The notes beneath the pieces are model-generated. The model did no database searches and was not told the origin of the DNA. It saw only the letters and a program-made list of their open reading frames with translations. A stretch of DNA of 22,027 bases, taken from Malacoraja senta. Taxonomy: Eukaryota. The stretch covers positions 620,001 to 642,027 of the forward strand of contig CM076002.1 in assembly GCA_038087875.1 (NCBI GenBank), written 5' to 3'. The stretch's first letter is position 1. Each line of letters begins with the position of its first letter. Below, piece by piece: positions 10,706 through 21,800 of this stretch. The translations under genes and the position numbers were made by a program.

Positions 10706-10763
10706 TACTTCGGAGTCACGTGAGTGATTCCGTGAAGAAGCCTGCCAGTCCGCATGCGCGTCA
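10703..10763. repeat. DIRS left ITR
   Basis: Imperfect inverted match to 15384-15445. The first 36 nt are exactly complementary to 15158-15193. Confidence 0.9.
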
Positions 10764-10910
10764 TTATGTCTGACGCATGGCGCAACGACGGGCCGGCAGG
10801 TGTGTAGCTCCACCAGCGGTAAGTTTTAAAAACACTCAGGTAAGTTTTAAAAACTTAGTTGAGGTCGTTTTCTGCGGTCGGTAAGTCTTGTTGCAGGAGC
10901 AAGTCGGACC

Positions 10911-12098
10911 ATGGAGAAAATGACTAAGGGAAGGTCGAGGCGGGCCGCCGGGAGAGCAGCTATAGAAGACCGCGGGAGTGCGGGTAGTGGGCGGCCGTCC
11001 ATCTCGCCTTCAGAGTCACTGGCGGCACGGCCAGTGGCTTCCGACTTGGTGCCAGTTGAAAGCACCGTGGCTACTCCGGTGGGATGGAAAGCCACTAAGA
11101 AGTCGGTAAGGCCTGTTGACTTGGATGAGTCGGGCCAGGAGGGTTCCCCTCCCACAATGGACAGCGTCATCGGACGTTTGTCCAGGATGGAGCTCCTGAT
11201 GGAGAGGATGCTCCATCACGATATGCTCCAGCAATAGGAGCTTTATATCCGCGGGTCTCCTCAGGGGCCCGTGGCAGCGGCACCTGTAGAAGGGCTGCAT
11301 AATGTCTCCCGCTCGGAGGAGAGCATACGGGGTCAGTTTTGTTCTGACTCCGAGGTCGGAGGTATAGCCGGTGAGCATACCTCAAGGCAAGAAGGCCGCG
11401 AACCAGGCGTGCCAAGCATGGCATCTAAATTTGCTATACCGACCGGAACTGGGGAACTGCTGGATGAGGACCTGGCCATGACTATAAATTACATGGCCTC
11501 ACACCAGCTGCAAGACCTCACAATGGAAGAAACTTCCAAAAAATACGAGACACCCACCAATTGTGCCTCGATCAAAGTGCCGACTGTGAACCACGCTATC
11601 TGGGGTCACATGGGTGTAGGTATCAGAGCCCAGGAAGTGAGGCTCCAGAAGATACTAAAGCTGCTCGCTTCAGGCATTACAGCTTTCGCTAGGTCGGTCG
11701 ATGGAGGGCCCCTGTCTGAGGTGCAGCAGGATGCTCTGGCCCTAATGTGCAATGCACATTTTGAAATAAACTGTCTCAGAAAGAGTGCTATCCGTCCTAC
11801 TCTGTACCCCAAGTTTGTGGCACTGTGCAAATCTAGCAATGTGCAACCGCCGAATCTACTGTTCGGTGATGACCTATCAAAACGGGTCAGAGAGTTGGAT
11901 GACGAGGTGAAAACGGTCGGCCTCATAAAAGCCCAACTGACTAGCAAAATTCCACTTCGGCGGCAGCACTCCTACAAGCGGTTCGCTGAAGCTGGTTCAG
12001 GCCAAGGACCAAGCCGGCCCTTGCCAACCATGCGCAATTGGTGCAATCCAACATTCTCCCCCTCCAGAACTCGGGGGCAGAAGTTTCCACCGACAACC
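10911..12098 (+). pseudogene. DIRS gag-like ORF, with an in-frame TAG at 11235-11237
   Basis: ORFs 10911..11237 and 11271.. share one frame. The block PTNCASIKVPTVNHAIW...LLFGDDLSKRV resembles DIRS gag. The 3' boundary is approximate. Confidence 0.75.
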
Positions 12099-14017
12099 AT
12101 GGAGGTAGGTGGATCTGGTTCTTTTCAGAACATGTCATGTATGGATCAGTTACAAGTTGGTGGATTACACTTGTTTTTTAATGAATGGTGTTGCATAACA
12201 TCAGATTCGTTTACACTGCACAGTATACAAGGGTTCCGAATAGAATTCCTTTTCAAATTGCGTCCACCTACACAGCATACACCAAGCCGGACATTGTTTT
12301 TTTCACAACAAGAGTCTTTAGATGTACAAGCTGAAATTGAAACGTTATCTAAAAAAGGGGTAATTGAGAAGTCGTTTCATCAATCTCACCAATTTGTGTC
12401 CAATATATTTCCTAGACAAAAGAAGGATGGTGGGTGTCGAATCATTCTTGATCTAACTCGACTTAACTCCTATGTGCAGTATAAACATTTCAAAATGGAA
12501 ACTTTTGTTACTGCTAAACAACTGGTTTCCAAAGGATGCTATATGGCATGCATAGACCTTAAAGATGCATATTATTCAGTACCCATTCATTGCAATCACC
12601 GGAGATATTTGAAGTTTAGCTGGATGAGGCAACTATGGCAGTTTAAAGCATTGCCTAATGGGTTAACTTTGGCTCCTAGATTATTTACAAACTTGTTAAA
12701 ACCGGTGTTGGGCCTACTCCGGGCTCAGAATCATATTGTAATGGCCTATGTGGATGATGTCATAATCATAGGCAAGACTCAGAAATCAGCTGAATTATCT
12801 GTTTCAGCTACCAAACTCATGTTTGAGAGGTTGGGGTTTCTCATCCATCCAGTTAAATCCAAATTGATACCATCTAGAGTCATTGATTATTTGGGATTCA
12901 CCATTAATTCAACTTACATGTCTGTGACTCTGCCTAGAGGCAAGAGATCAGAGTTAATAGAAGCTTGTAACAATCTCGCTGATGAGCAACAATCTATTCG
13001 GCAGGTGGCTAATATAATTGGCAAATTAGTGGCTGCTTTTCCAGCTGCACAGTTTGGGCCTTTACATTATCAAAATTTACAACGTGCAAAGGAGCAGGCA
13101 CTCAAAAGACATGCAGGTCATTTCAATAGACCTATGCGGATACCAGCTGAAGCCATTGCTGAGTTACAGTGGTGGATAGCGAATATTTGGCATTGCTCCA
13201 GTAAAATTCTGATTGATAAACCTTCAGTTATTTTACAAACTGATGTTAGTGCTCTAGGATGGGGAGCTACTGATACCATCTCTAGCTGCGGTGGCAGATG
13301 GAATATGCATGAGGCATTAATTCTTCAATCACATGGTATTAACTATTTAGAGTTGTTGGGAGCACTCTATGGCTTAAAGCCGTATTGTACTAGTATGCAT
13401 GACTTGCATGTTCAGCTTCAGATTGACAACACTACAGCATTAGCATACGTTAATCACATGGGTGGAATCAAGTCGGTATCATGTGATAAATTGGCTAACC
13501 TTATTTGGCACTGGTGTATTACAAGAAACATCTGGATTTCAGCTATCTACTTACCAGGTAGATTTAACATGGTGGCGGACACCAGGTCACGAAAATTCAA
13601 TGCCAACACAGAATGGATGCTGAATCATGAAATATTTAATGATATTGTCGCTCGGTATGGCGTACCAGATATTGGTTTGCATCCAGACTAAATCACCAGC
13701 TACCAAAGTATGTTTCATGGGAACCAGACCCAGGGGCAGTAGCGGTAGATGCATTCTCGCTACAATGGGGTGGAATGTTTTTATATGCATTTCCCCCATT
13801 TTGCCTCATCAGCTTGCTTAAGATCGAGCAGGACTCCGCCTCAGGCGTTTTGGTAGTTCCCGACTGGCCTACACAGCCATGGTTCCCACTTGTTCTGAGA
13901 CTAATAACACAGCCTTTTATGGCTGTCCCCAAATGCAGTAACCTGCTGGTTCACCCTGTGACTGGGGAGAACCATCCACTACATGACCGTATTAATCTAT
14001 TGATTTGCAGATTCTGA
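12099..14017 (+). pseudogene. DIRS pol: RT, RNase H and adenine-methyltransferase-like domain (frameshift near 13673)
   Basis: RT: RIILDL, IDLKDAY, ALPNGL..APRLFT, YVDD (12747-12758). RNase H: TDVSALGWG, INYLEL, IDNTTA, NMVADTRSR. MT-like: FASRLN..DAFSLQW..YAFPPF..VPDWPTQPWF. Confidence 0.93.
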
Positions 14018-14984
14018 GGAGACTGTTCCTGGGGCTCGGATTATCAGGTCGTACGGTGGATGTGATTACTGCAGCCTGGAGGGATAGTACTAAAAAACAA
14101 TACATCTCTCATATCAAGAAATGGGAGGTGTTCTGCTTGCAGTCGAACATATCATATCACACGGCAAGCATACCTGATGTGTTGGAATTTCTTTCCACAC
14201 AATATTTTGATGAGCGACAGCTATAGTGCCATCAATAGTGCCAGGAGCGCCTTATCGTCCTACCTGTGGCAGGGATCGGGACAACACTCTGTTGGGTCTC
14301 ACCCTTTAATATCCCGGTTCATGAAGGGTATTTTTAACTGTAAGCCCCCCAGGCCCAGGTACACGGAGATCTGGGATGTGAGCGTGGTTCTCACACTGCG
14401 TCGCCAATGGGCTCCAGCAACATCTGTCATTGCCCAGACTCACTCTTAAAGTGGTTATGCTCATGGCGCTGGTTTCAGCGCAACGCGTCCAGACATTGCA
14501 GAAGCTTCGACTGGACAGGATGGTTTCGTCTGTAAACAATATAACCTTTCATGTTTATGATTTACTTAAGCAGAGCAGGCCAGGGATGTCAGGGCTTAAA
14601 CTTAATTTTATGGCATACCCCATAAACGTTTGCCTATGTGTAGTTATGCACTTACAGCAGTATATCAAGGTCACCAAGAGCCTCAGAGGCTCCGAAATAG
14701 CGATATTCATCAGTCACAAAAAGCCTCATAAGAAGGTGTCGGTACAGACCATCACAAGGTGGCTGAAACAGGTTCTGGCTTGTGCCGGAGTGGACACTGA
14801 TGTTTTTAAATCTCACTCCACCAGGGCGGCATCAGCGTCAGCAGCGAGGGCACTGGACGTCCTTCTAGACCAAATCCTCGCGGCCGAAGGATGGTCCAAT
14901 GAATTGACGTTTGAAAGGTTCTATCATAAACCTCTTGCCATACCGGGGGTATTTGGCCACTCCATTTTAAATTCAGTTTTGTAG
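14005..14984 (+). pseudogene. DIRS tyrosine recombinase, two frameshifts (near 14220 and 14430)
   Basis: Three overlapping ORF pieces give AWRDSTKKQY, SARSALS, HPLISRFMKG, SAQRV (Arg), HSTR (His-x-x-Arg), GWS and FERFY (Tyr). Confidence 0.93.
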
Positions 14985-15157
14985 CTTCCCCCTGGGAGAG
15001 AGGGGTCGCTATTGTTTTCCTTTTTGTTAATTAAAGCATCAATGTGTTTAACTGTATCATGTTTGAATGCATTATTTGTTATTACTCATCCTGTGTCAAC
15101 CGAGGCAGTGTGTCGCATGGACTCGTATCCATGGCATGAAATCACAGAGCTTTGAAG

Positions 15158-15270
15158 TCTTCACGGAATCACTCACGTGACTCCGAAGTAAAATAGTAAG
15201 ATTAAATGAGAACTTACCAGTTTGAAGTTTCATCTTTATTTTATGAGGAGTTACGATGAGCGATTACGTG
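15158..15270. repeat. DIRS internal complementary region (ICR)
   Basis: 15158-15193 is the reverse complement of 10703-10738 (36/36). 15194-15270 is the reverse complement of 15414-15490 (75/77). Confidence 0.95.
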
Positions 15271-15383
15271 CCCACCGCTCCCAACCCTCATATCACAAAG
15301 GTCATCTGGTAGTTCTAGGTTTCTGATCAACTATGTTACTTCAATTATTGTTTCCTGTGATTTCACACCCCTGCTTTGAAGAT

Positions 15384-15490
15384 TGATGCGCATACGGACT
15401 GGCGGGATTTCTTCACGTGATCGCTCATCGTAACTCCTCATAAAATAAAGATCAAACTTCAAACTGGTAAGTTCTCATTTAATCTTACTA
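15384..15490. repeat. DIRS right ITR plus 3' extension
   Basis: Inverted copy of the left ITR (15384-15445) followed by a 45-nt extension that pairs with the ICR. Confidence 0.9.
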
Positions 15491-15492
15491 TT

Positions 15493-15590
15493 ATTACCTC
15501 AATTTATTAACTATGGCGATAGATGTGGCCCTCCATCCGCTCACAGACATGGGTCTTGGCCCCTATACAGAACAAGGTTGCCGACCCCTG
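15493..15590. mobile_element. One end of a hAT (Charlie-like) non-autonomous DNA transposon
   Basis: AAGGTTGCCGACCCCTG (15574-15590) is the reverse complement of a CAGGGGTCGGCAAC-type TIR. It is followed by ACCTAGAT, close to the Charlie NTCTAGAN target preference. I saw no partner TIR. Confidence 0.65.
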
Positions 15591-15632
15591 ACCTAGATGA
15601 ACAAAGTTTATCAACCTTGCCTTATCTACATT

Positions 15633-17665
15633 AGAGAACTGGTGGATGGCTATGTGCTCTATTTTACAAAGAAGTGGCTCACCCCTGCCTCTCCTGACTT
15701 TCAATGGTCATTCCAGCCGAAAGCTTCTCGTTACGACGGATGGACCATATAGTGTTTCCAGGTCAAGATTAAGGAAGGAGGGGTCTGCTTTCTAATTATC
15801 TCCACACGGTGCTCAGGTTCCCACTCCCCAGAACTGGAATATCTTACAGTGAAGTGTTGTCTCTACTACCTGCCACAGGAATTCACATCAGCTAGTGTAA
15901 TGTATTCATACATATTCATGCATATGTTAATGAATTGGTGTTCAATATAAGCAGGGAATGTTGGGTAATATATCTCTCTCTCTCGTGATCCAGGCAACCT
16001 GCATGTAAGTTGTTATTCATTCTGCCGTCCGGAATATAACAGCTATCCTGACAGCAGTCTGCACCCGTAGGTAAATGTATCTGACCTACGCAGAGCCATT
16101 AATGATACAAGGAGGGAATTCCGGACAGCTGGAGTCTCGAGGTGATGACACTGATACCCGTAGATTGTGGCAAGGCTTGCACGCTATAATGGCTACATAG
16201 CAAAGTCGTGTTGTCTTGCTGGCAACCACGGGTCCCTCCTCAATGAACTGAATGCATTCTATACCCGTTTTGAACAGGTCGGTGGTGGAATGTTAGCCAC
16301 CCCACCAGTCTTGGGTGTGCCTGTATCAATGGTTACTGAGGCAAAAGTAACTTCAGCTTTTCTCAGGATGAATCCATGGAAAGTAATTGGTCCGGATGGA
16401 GTCTCTGGGCATAACCTCAGGACTTGTGCAGGTTAGCTGGCAGAGGTGTTCACAGCCATCTTTAACCTCTCACTACACTACTCCATGCTGAGGTCTCAAC
16501 CTGCTTCAAAATGACCACTATCGTCATGGTGCGAAAGAAAAGAAAGGTAGCATGCCTTAATGACTACCGCCCAGTGGCTCAGACATCCACCACCATGAAG
16601 TGCTTTGAGAGACTGGTGATGGCACACATTAACACCAGCCTCCCGGCCAGCCTTGACCTACTGCAGTTTCCTTACTGTCACAACAGGTCAACAACGTGGG
16701 ACGCCAAACTCTGGGACCTCAGAATCAACTCCCTCCTCTGCCACTGGATCCTTGATTTTCTTACCCAGACTACAATCAGTGAACATAGGTGGCAACACCT
16801 CCTCCACAATAACACAGGTGCCCCATTAGGATGCATTCTGTCCCGGACTAAACTCTTACACTCTTCGACTGTGCAGCAAATTCAGCTTTAATTCCATCTA
16901 CAAGTTTGTAGCTGACATCACTGTGGTGGGCCAAATTACGAACAATGACGAGACAGAATACTGAAGGAGATAGGGAATTTAATGGCATGGTGTCACGACA
17001 TTAACTTCTCTCTCAATGTCAGCAAGATGAAGGAGCTCGTTACTGACTTCAGTAAGCCTGGTGGAGTACATACCTCAATCAGCATCAATGATGTGACTGT
17101 GGAAATGGTTGAGGGCTTCGTTCCTTGGTATTAATTGTACCCATGATCTGTTGTGGACCAACCACATTGATGTGATGGCCAAGAAGGCACACTAATGACT
17201 GGTTGCTGAGGAGACTTGAAGTAATCCGGCATGTCTTCAAAGATTCTTACAAACTTCTAAAGATGCACCATAGAAAACATGCTACCGGGTTGCATCACTG
17301 TTTGGTTTGGGAACAGCTCTGCCCTAGGTTGCAAGAAATTGTCGAGAGTTGTAGATGTAGCCCAGTCCACCACAGACTAGACTCCCCACCACTGAATCCA
17401 TCTACAGTTAACGCTCCCTTAGAAAAGCAGCCAACATAACCAAAGACACACACTATCTCTCACTGCTCCCGTCTGGCAGAAGGTACAGAAGCTTGAAAGC
17501 ACGCACTGCCAGACTCAGGAACAACTTCTTTCCCTCTGTTATCAGGCTTCTGAATGGTCCTTCCAGAAGCTAGGCTACTGTTCAATTCAATCTACCTCAA
17601 TGAGGTTATTGAACTGTCTAATGAACTGATACAATACAATGTGCTATAATGAGCTAATGTGCTAT
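15633..17665 (+). mobile_element. Old, heavily decayed Rex1/Babar-like LINE with internal deletions
   Basis: Endonuclease remnants (GGVCF, PELEYLTVKC..YLPQEFTSA), RRLWQGL, KVIGPDGVSG, LNDYRPVA..MKCFERLV, WILDFLT, TGAPLGCILS and the C-terminus RYRSLKARTARLRNNFFPSVIRLLN. Ends are approximate. Confidence 0.85.
15896..16041. mobile_element. Solo LTR (146 bp) inserted in the Rex1-like endonuclease region
   Basis: TGTAA...TAACA termini, flanked by GCTAG (15891-15895) and GCTAT (16042-16046). Removing it restores FTSAILTAV. Confidence 0.75.
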
Positions 17666-17669
17666 GATT

Positions 17670-17939
17670 TAGGTCATTTAGGACTGCGATGAGGAAAAAC
17701 GTTTTCACCCAGAGCGTTGTGAATCTGTGGAATTGTCTGCCACAGAAAGTAGTGGAGGCCAATTCACTGTATGTTTTCAAGAGTTAGATATAGCTCTTAG
17801 GGCTAAGGGAATCAAGGGATATGGGGAAAAAGCCGGAACGGGGTACTGATTTTGGATGATCAGCCGTGATCATATTGAATGGCAGTGCTGGATCGAAGGA
17901 CGGAAAGGCCAACTCCTGCACATATTTTCTATGTTTCTA
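17670..17939 (+). mobile_element. CR1 3'-end fragment, same family as 5937-9942 but opposite orientation
   Basis: FRTAMRKNVFTQSVVNLWN, a 3' UTR matching the reverse complement of about 5940-6210, and a TTTCTATGTTTCTA tail. Confidence 0.9.
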
Positions 17940-18002
17940 AGAGGGTGCAGAATAGGTTTACCAGAATAAATCCTGCATTAGAGGGTTACAAGGAAGACAC
18001 TG

Positions 18003-18420
18003 TTTGGTCTAGAATTCCCTATTGTTATCTTTAATGGTCTTGTCAAGGTCGTGGATAGATTTCTTGTACCATTTGGGGTCATTAGTCATTAAAGCTGCAG
18101 ACTAGACTTCACTTGGGAATGGACTTTGAATTAACTTTGTGGTTCATCCAAGGTTTCCAGCTTTGATGTGCAGTCCTCTACACACCTGCTGAAATCTGTG
18201 ATAACTATGACATACTCATTTAAGTTAGACACAGAGTCCTTGAATATCGACCTGTCCATCGACTCAAAGCAGTAGTGAAGAATCTCCTTTCTTACCTGAT
18301 TCTCCCACCTTAGTTTCTGATTGTTAACAGCGAATAGAAACACAACCAGCTGGTCAGATTTACTAAAGTGTGGGCAAAGGATGGAGCAGTTGAGGTCTCT
18401 GAGGGTAATATCTTGTAGTT
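18003..18420 (-). mobile_element. Decayed Rex1/Babar-like fragment (end of endonuclease and linker)
   Basis: Minus translation HFSKSDQLVVFL..QKLR..CFESMDRSIFKDS..LNEY..ITDF..CVEDC..KPWMN. Confidence 0.7.
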
Positions 18421-18530
18421 GGTCTTTGAAGTTGTGAAAGTAAACTAAAAAGTTGTGTAACTAAAAAATTAACTAAAGTTAACAAATTTTGTTTGGAATT
18501 TCAGTGAATAGAATTATTGTCATACAAGAC

Positions 18531-18625
18531 AGACACAAAAAGCTGGAGTAACTTAGCGGGACAGGCAGCATCTCTGGAGAGAAGGATTGGGTGATGTTTT
18601 GGGTCGAGACCCTTCTTCGGACGCT
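18531..18625 (-). repeat. Penelope pseudo-LTR-derived short repeat with a degenerate hammerhead ribozyme core
   Basis: The minus strand reads CCGAAGA-AGGGTCTCGACCC-AAAAC, against the canonical CTGANGA-stemII-GAAA. Confidence 0.65.
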
Positions 18626-18628
18626 GCT

Positions 18629-18807
18629 GAGTCATACAACACAGGGACAGGCCATTCAACCCAACTTGTCCATGCCAAACAAGATGCCCCATCTACGCTA
18701 GTCCCATCTTACCTACATTTGGCCCATATCTCTCTAATCCTTTCCTATCCATTTATCTGTCAAAATGTCTTTTAAGTGATGTTATTGAACTTGCCTCAAA
18801 TACCTCC
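18629..18807 (-). mobile_element. CR1 3'-end fragment, older and of a different family
   Basis: Minus strand encodes EVFEASSITSLKRHFDR, followed by a CR1-like 3' UTR (GGCATGGACAAGTTGGGTTGAATGGCCTGTCCCTGTGTTGTATGACTC). Confidence 0.75.
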
Positions 18808-18840
18808 TCCATATACTCCAGCATCTCCTCCCACCAACCA

Positions 18841-21800
18841 AGTAGATTCCTGGCCCACCTCAACTCCACCAAGGACCTTAAATTAGCCCGCCTCCAGGCC
18901 GCTCCCGCCGCCGACTCTCCGCAACTCGACCGCCCGCTGGCTCCAGGCCCCAACTCCGGCCCGCATCGCCTGCCCCGGTCCCGCAACGCCATCTTGTCCA
19001 CGGGGAGCGACTCCAGTACTCACCAGGACGCCATCTTGTCCACGGGGAGCGCCTCCAGTACTCACCAGGAGGTCGCCTTCACCGACCTCCACGTCGATGC
19101 TGCCGCCGACCTTCACCTGCCTACCGATGACGCCCAGGCTCGCCGCTTCTACGGTAACTCGGACTTCCTTCCCCTCGCCGATTCCTCCGAACCTCGCCGC
19201 CCCCCGGGACCTCCCAGCATCGCCGCCGGACCGGGCCCATCCAGCATCGCCGCCGGACCGGGCCCACTCTACACGGCCGCCGGACCGGGGATCCACGAAC
19301 TTGGCCGCCGCACCGCACCCTATTCACCCCGTCGCCTCACCGGACTGGTCGAACCGCGCCGCCCCACCGACCATCCGCCTACCGGGACCTCCCACGCATC
19401 GCCCGTGGACCCCGACTCTACTGCCCACCTACCCCGACCATCGGGTCCGCCGACCCTCGCCACTGCAACGCCCCCCAGCCCCACCGACCCCGACTCTACT
19501 GCCCACCTACCCCGACCATCGGGTCCGCCGACCCTCGCCACTGCAACGACCTCCAGCCCCACCGACCCCGACTACACTGCCCACGGACCCCGACCATCGG
19601 GTCCGCCGACCCTCGCCACTGCAACGCCCTCCAGCCCCACCGACCCCGACTACACTGCCCACGGACCCCGACCGTCGGGTCCGCTGACCCTCGCCACCGC
19701 ACCTCCCTCCAGCAGCCCGCAGCCGTCGCCTTACCTGCAAACTGGACTCTGTACTGGGCCTGAAGCCTCCACGCTGTTCACTCCCACTCTCCGGGGTTTG
19801 ACTCCACTGGGTCCTAGCGCTAGTCTGCCTAGCCCTGGTTATCTCAGTGGCAGTTCCACTGATTCTTCCCCATCCCTCTCCAACTATGGGACCACTTCTC
19901 TTCCACACCCACACCACTGCCCTCTCACCCCCCCACCCCCTGACCACCCACCACCCCCCCACCACACATCGCCTCGTCCCCATTACACCCACCTGCCTTC
20001 CTCCGGCCCCAACCCCCATCCCTGCCGGGTGTTCACCATCCCCCCCGACCTCCCCCTCTCCGACATCGAACGGTCTGTCCTCAGCAGAGGTCTTACCTTT
20101 GTCCCCCTCCGTCCCCATCTCAATGAGTTCCGTGCCCTCCATGACTTGGAACGCTTCTACCGTCGCCTCCGCCTCACAGCTCACTTCCATGGGAAGCAGT
20201 CCTCGCTCCCCACTGATGACCCCTTTTCCCGTCTCCAACGCACCCCATCCTCATGGAACCCCCCTCGCAGCCTTCCGGCTTTAGAACTCTTTATTAAAAA
20301 CTGCCGCCGTGACATCCACCGCCTCAACTTCTCCACTCCCCTGTCTCACTCCAATCTCTCTCCCCCTGAACGCACTGCCATCGACTCACTCCGCAACAAC
20401 CTAGATTGGGTTATCAAACCCGCCGACAAGGGAGGTGCCGTGGTAGTCTGGCGCGTCGACCTCTACAAAGCTGAGGCCACGCGCCAACTCTCGGACACCT
20501 CCTCCTACTTACCCCTGGACCATGACCCCACTGACGAGCACCAGGCCACCATCTCCAGCACCATCACCAACTTCATCCACTCCCACGCCCTGCCCGAACG
20601 AGCCTCCAACCTCATCGTTCCCCAGCCCCGCACAGCCCGCTTTTACCTTCTCCCCAAAATCCACAAACCTGACTGTCCCGGTAGACCCATTGTCTCTGCC
20701 TGTTCGTGCCCCACCGAACTCATCTCCACCTACCTCGACTCCATACTATCCCCCTTGGTTAAATCCCTCCCCACCTATGTTCAAGACACCTCAGACACTC
20801 TCCGTCATCTCCGCGCATTCCACTCTCTAGGCCCTCACCCCCTCATCTTCACCATGGACGTCCAGTCACTCTACACCTCCATCCCCCACCAGGATGGTCT
20901 CAAAGCCCTCCGTTTTTTCCTCGACCGTAGAAGCAATCTATACCCGGCCACTGACACCCTCCTCCGCCTAGCGGAGCTGGTCCTTACACTTAATAACTTT
21001 TCATTTGACTCCTCCCATTTCCTCCAAATACAAGGCGTAGTTATGGGCACACGCATGGGCCCCAGCTACGCCTGCCTCTTTGTCGGGTACGTAGAACAAT
21101 CCTTGTTCAATGTGTACCAGGGCCCCATCCCCGACCTCTACCTCCGCTACATCGATGATTGTTTTGGTGCCACATCCTGCACCCACACACAACTGACTGA
21201 CTTCATCCGCTTCACCACCAACTTCCATCCGGCACTCAAATACACCTGGACCATTTCCGACACTTCCCTACCATTCCTTGACCTCACTATCTCCATCGCA
21301 GGTGATAGACTCCTTACCGACATCCACTACAAACCTACCGACTCCCATGGCTATCTGGACTACACTTCTTCCCACCCTGCTTCCTGTAAGGACTCCATCC
21401 CCCACTCCCAATTCCTCCGTCTACGCCGCATCTGCTCCCAGGGTGAGGTGTTCCACACCAGGGCATCTGAAATGTCCTCATTCTTCAGGGAACGGGGGTT
21501 CCCCTCCTCCACCATAGATGAGGCTCGCACCAGGGTCTCTGCCATACCCCGCAACACTGCTCTCTCTCCCCATCCCCCCACTCACAACAAGGGCAGAGTC
21601 CCCCTAGTCCTCACCTTTCACCCCACCAGCCGTCACATACAACAAGTGATCCTCCGTCAGTTTCGCCACCTCCAACGTGACCCCACCACGCGCCACATCT
21701 TCCCATCTCCCCCCATGTCTGCCTTCCGCAAAGACCGCTCCCTCCGTAACTCCCTTGTCAATTCTTCCCTTCCCTCCCATACCACCCCCTCCCCTCGTAC

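Larger units (their letters stand above)
10703..15492 (+). mobile_element. DIRS1-type tyrosine-recombinase retrotransposon, full-length structure, ORFs mutated
   Basis: gag-like ORF, RT, RNase H, methyltransferase-like domain and tyrosine recombinase, with non-identical ITRs, an internal complementary region and T-rich ends without a TSD. Confidence 0.96.

Noticed and set aside
10412..10813. ORF with a novel N-terminus on RNase H
   Set aside because: Antisense DIRS left end running into Gypsy pol across the junction at about 10703.
12099..14984. Bacterial or phage system of RT, methylase and integrase (retron- or DGR-like)
   Set aside because: Fully explained by known DIRS1 architecture, including ITRs and ICR.
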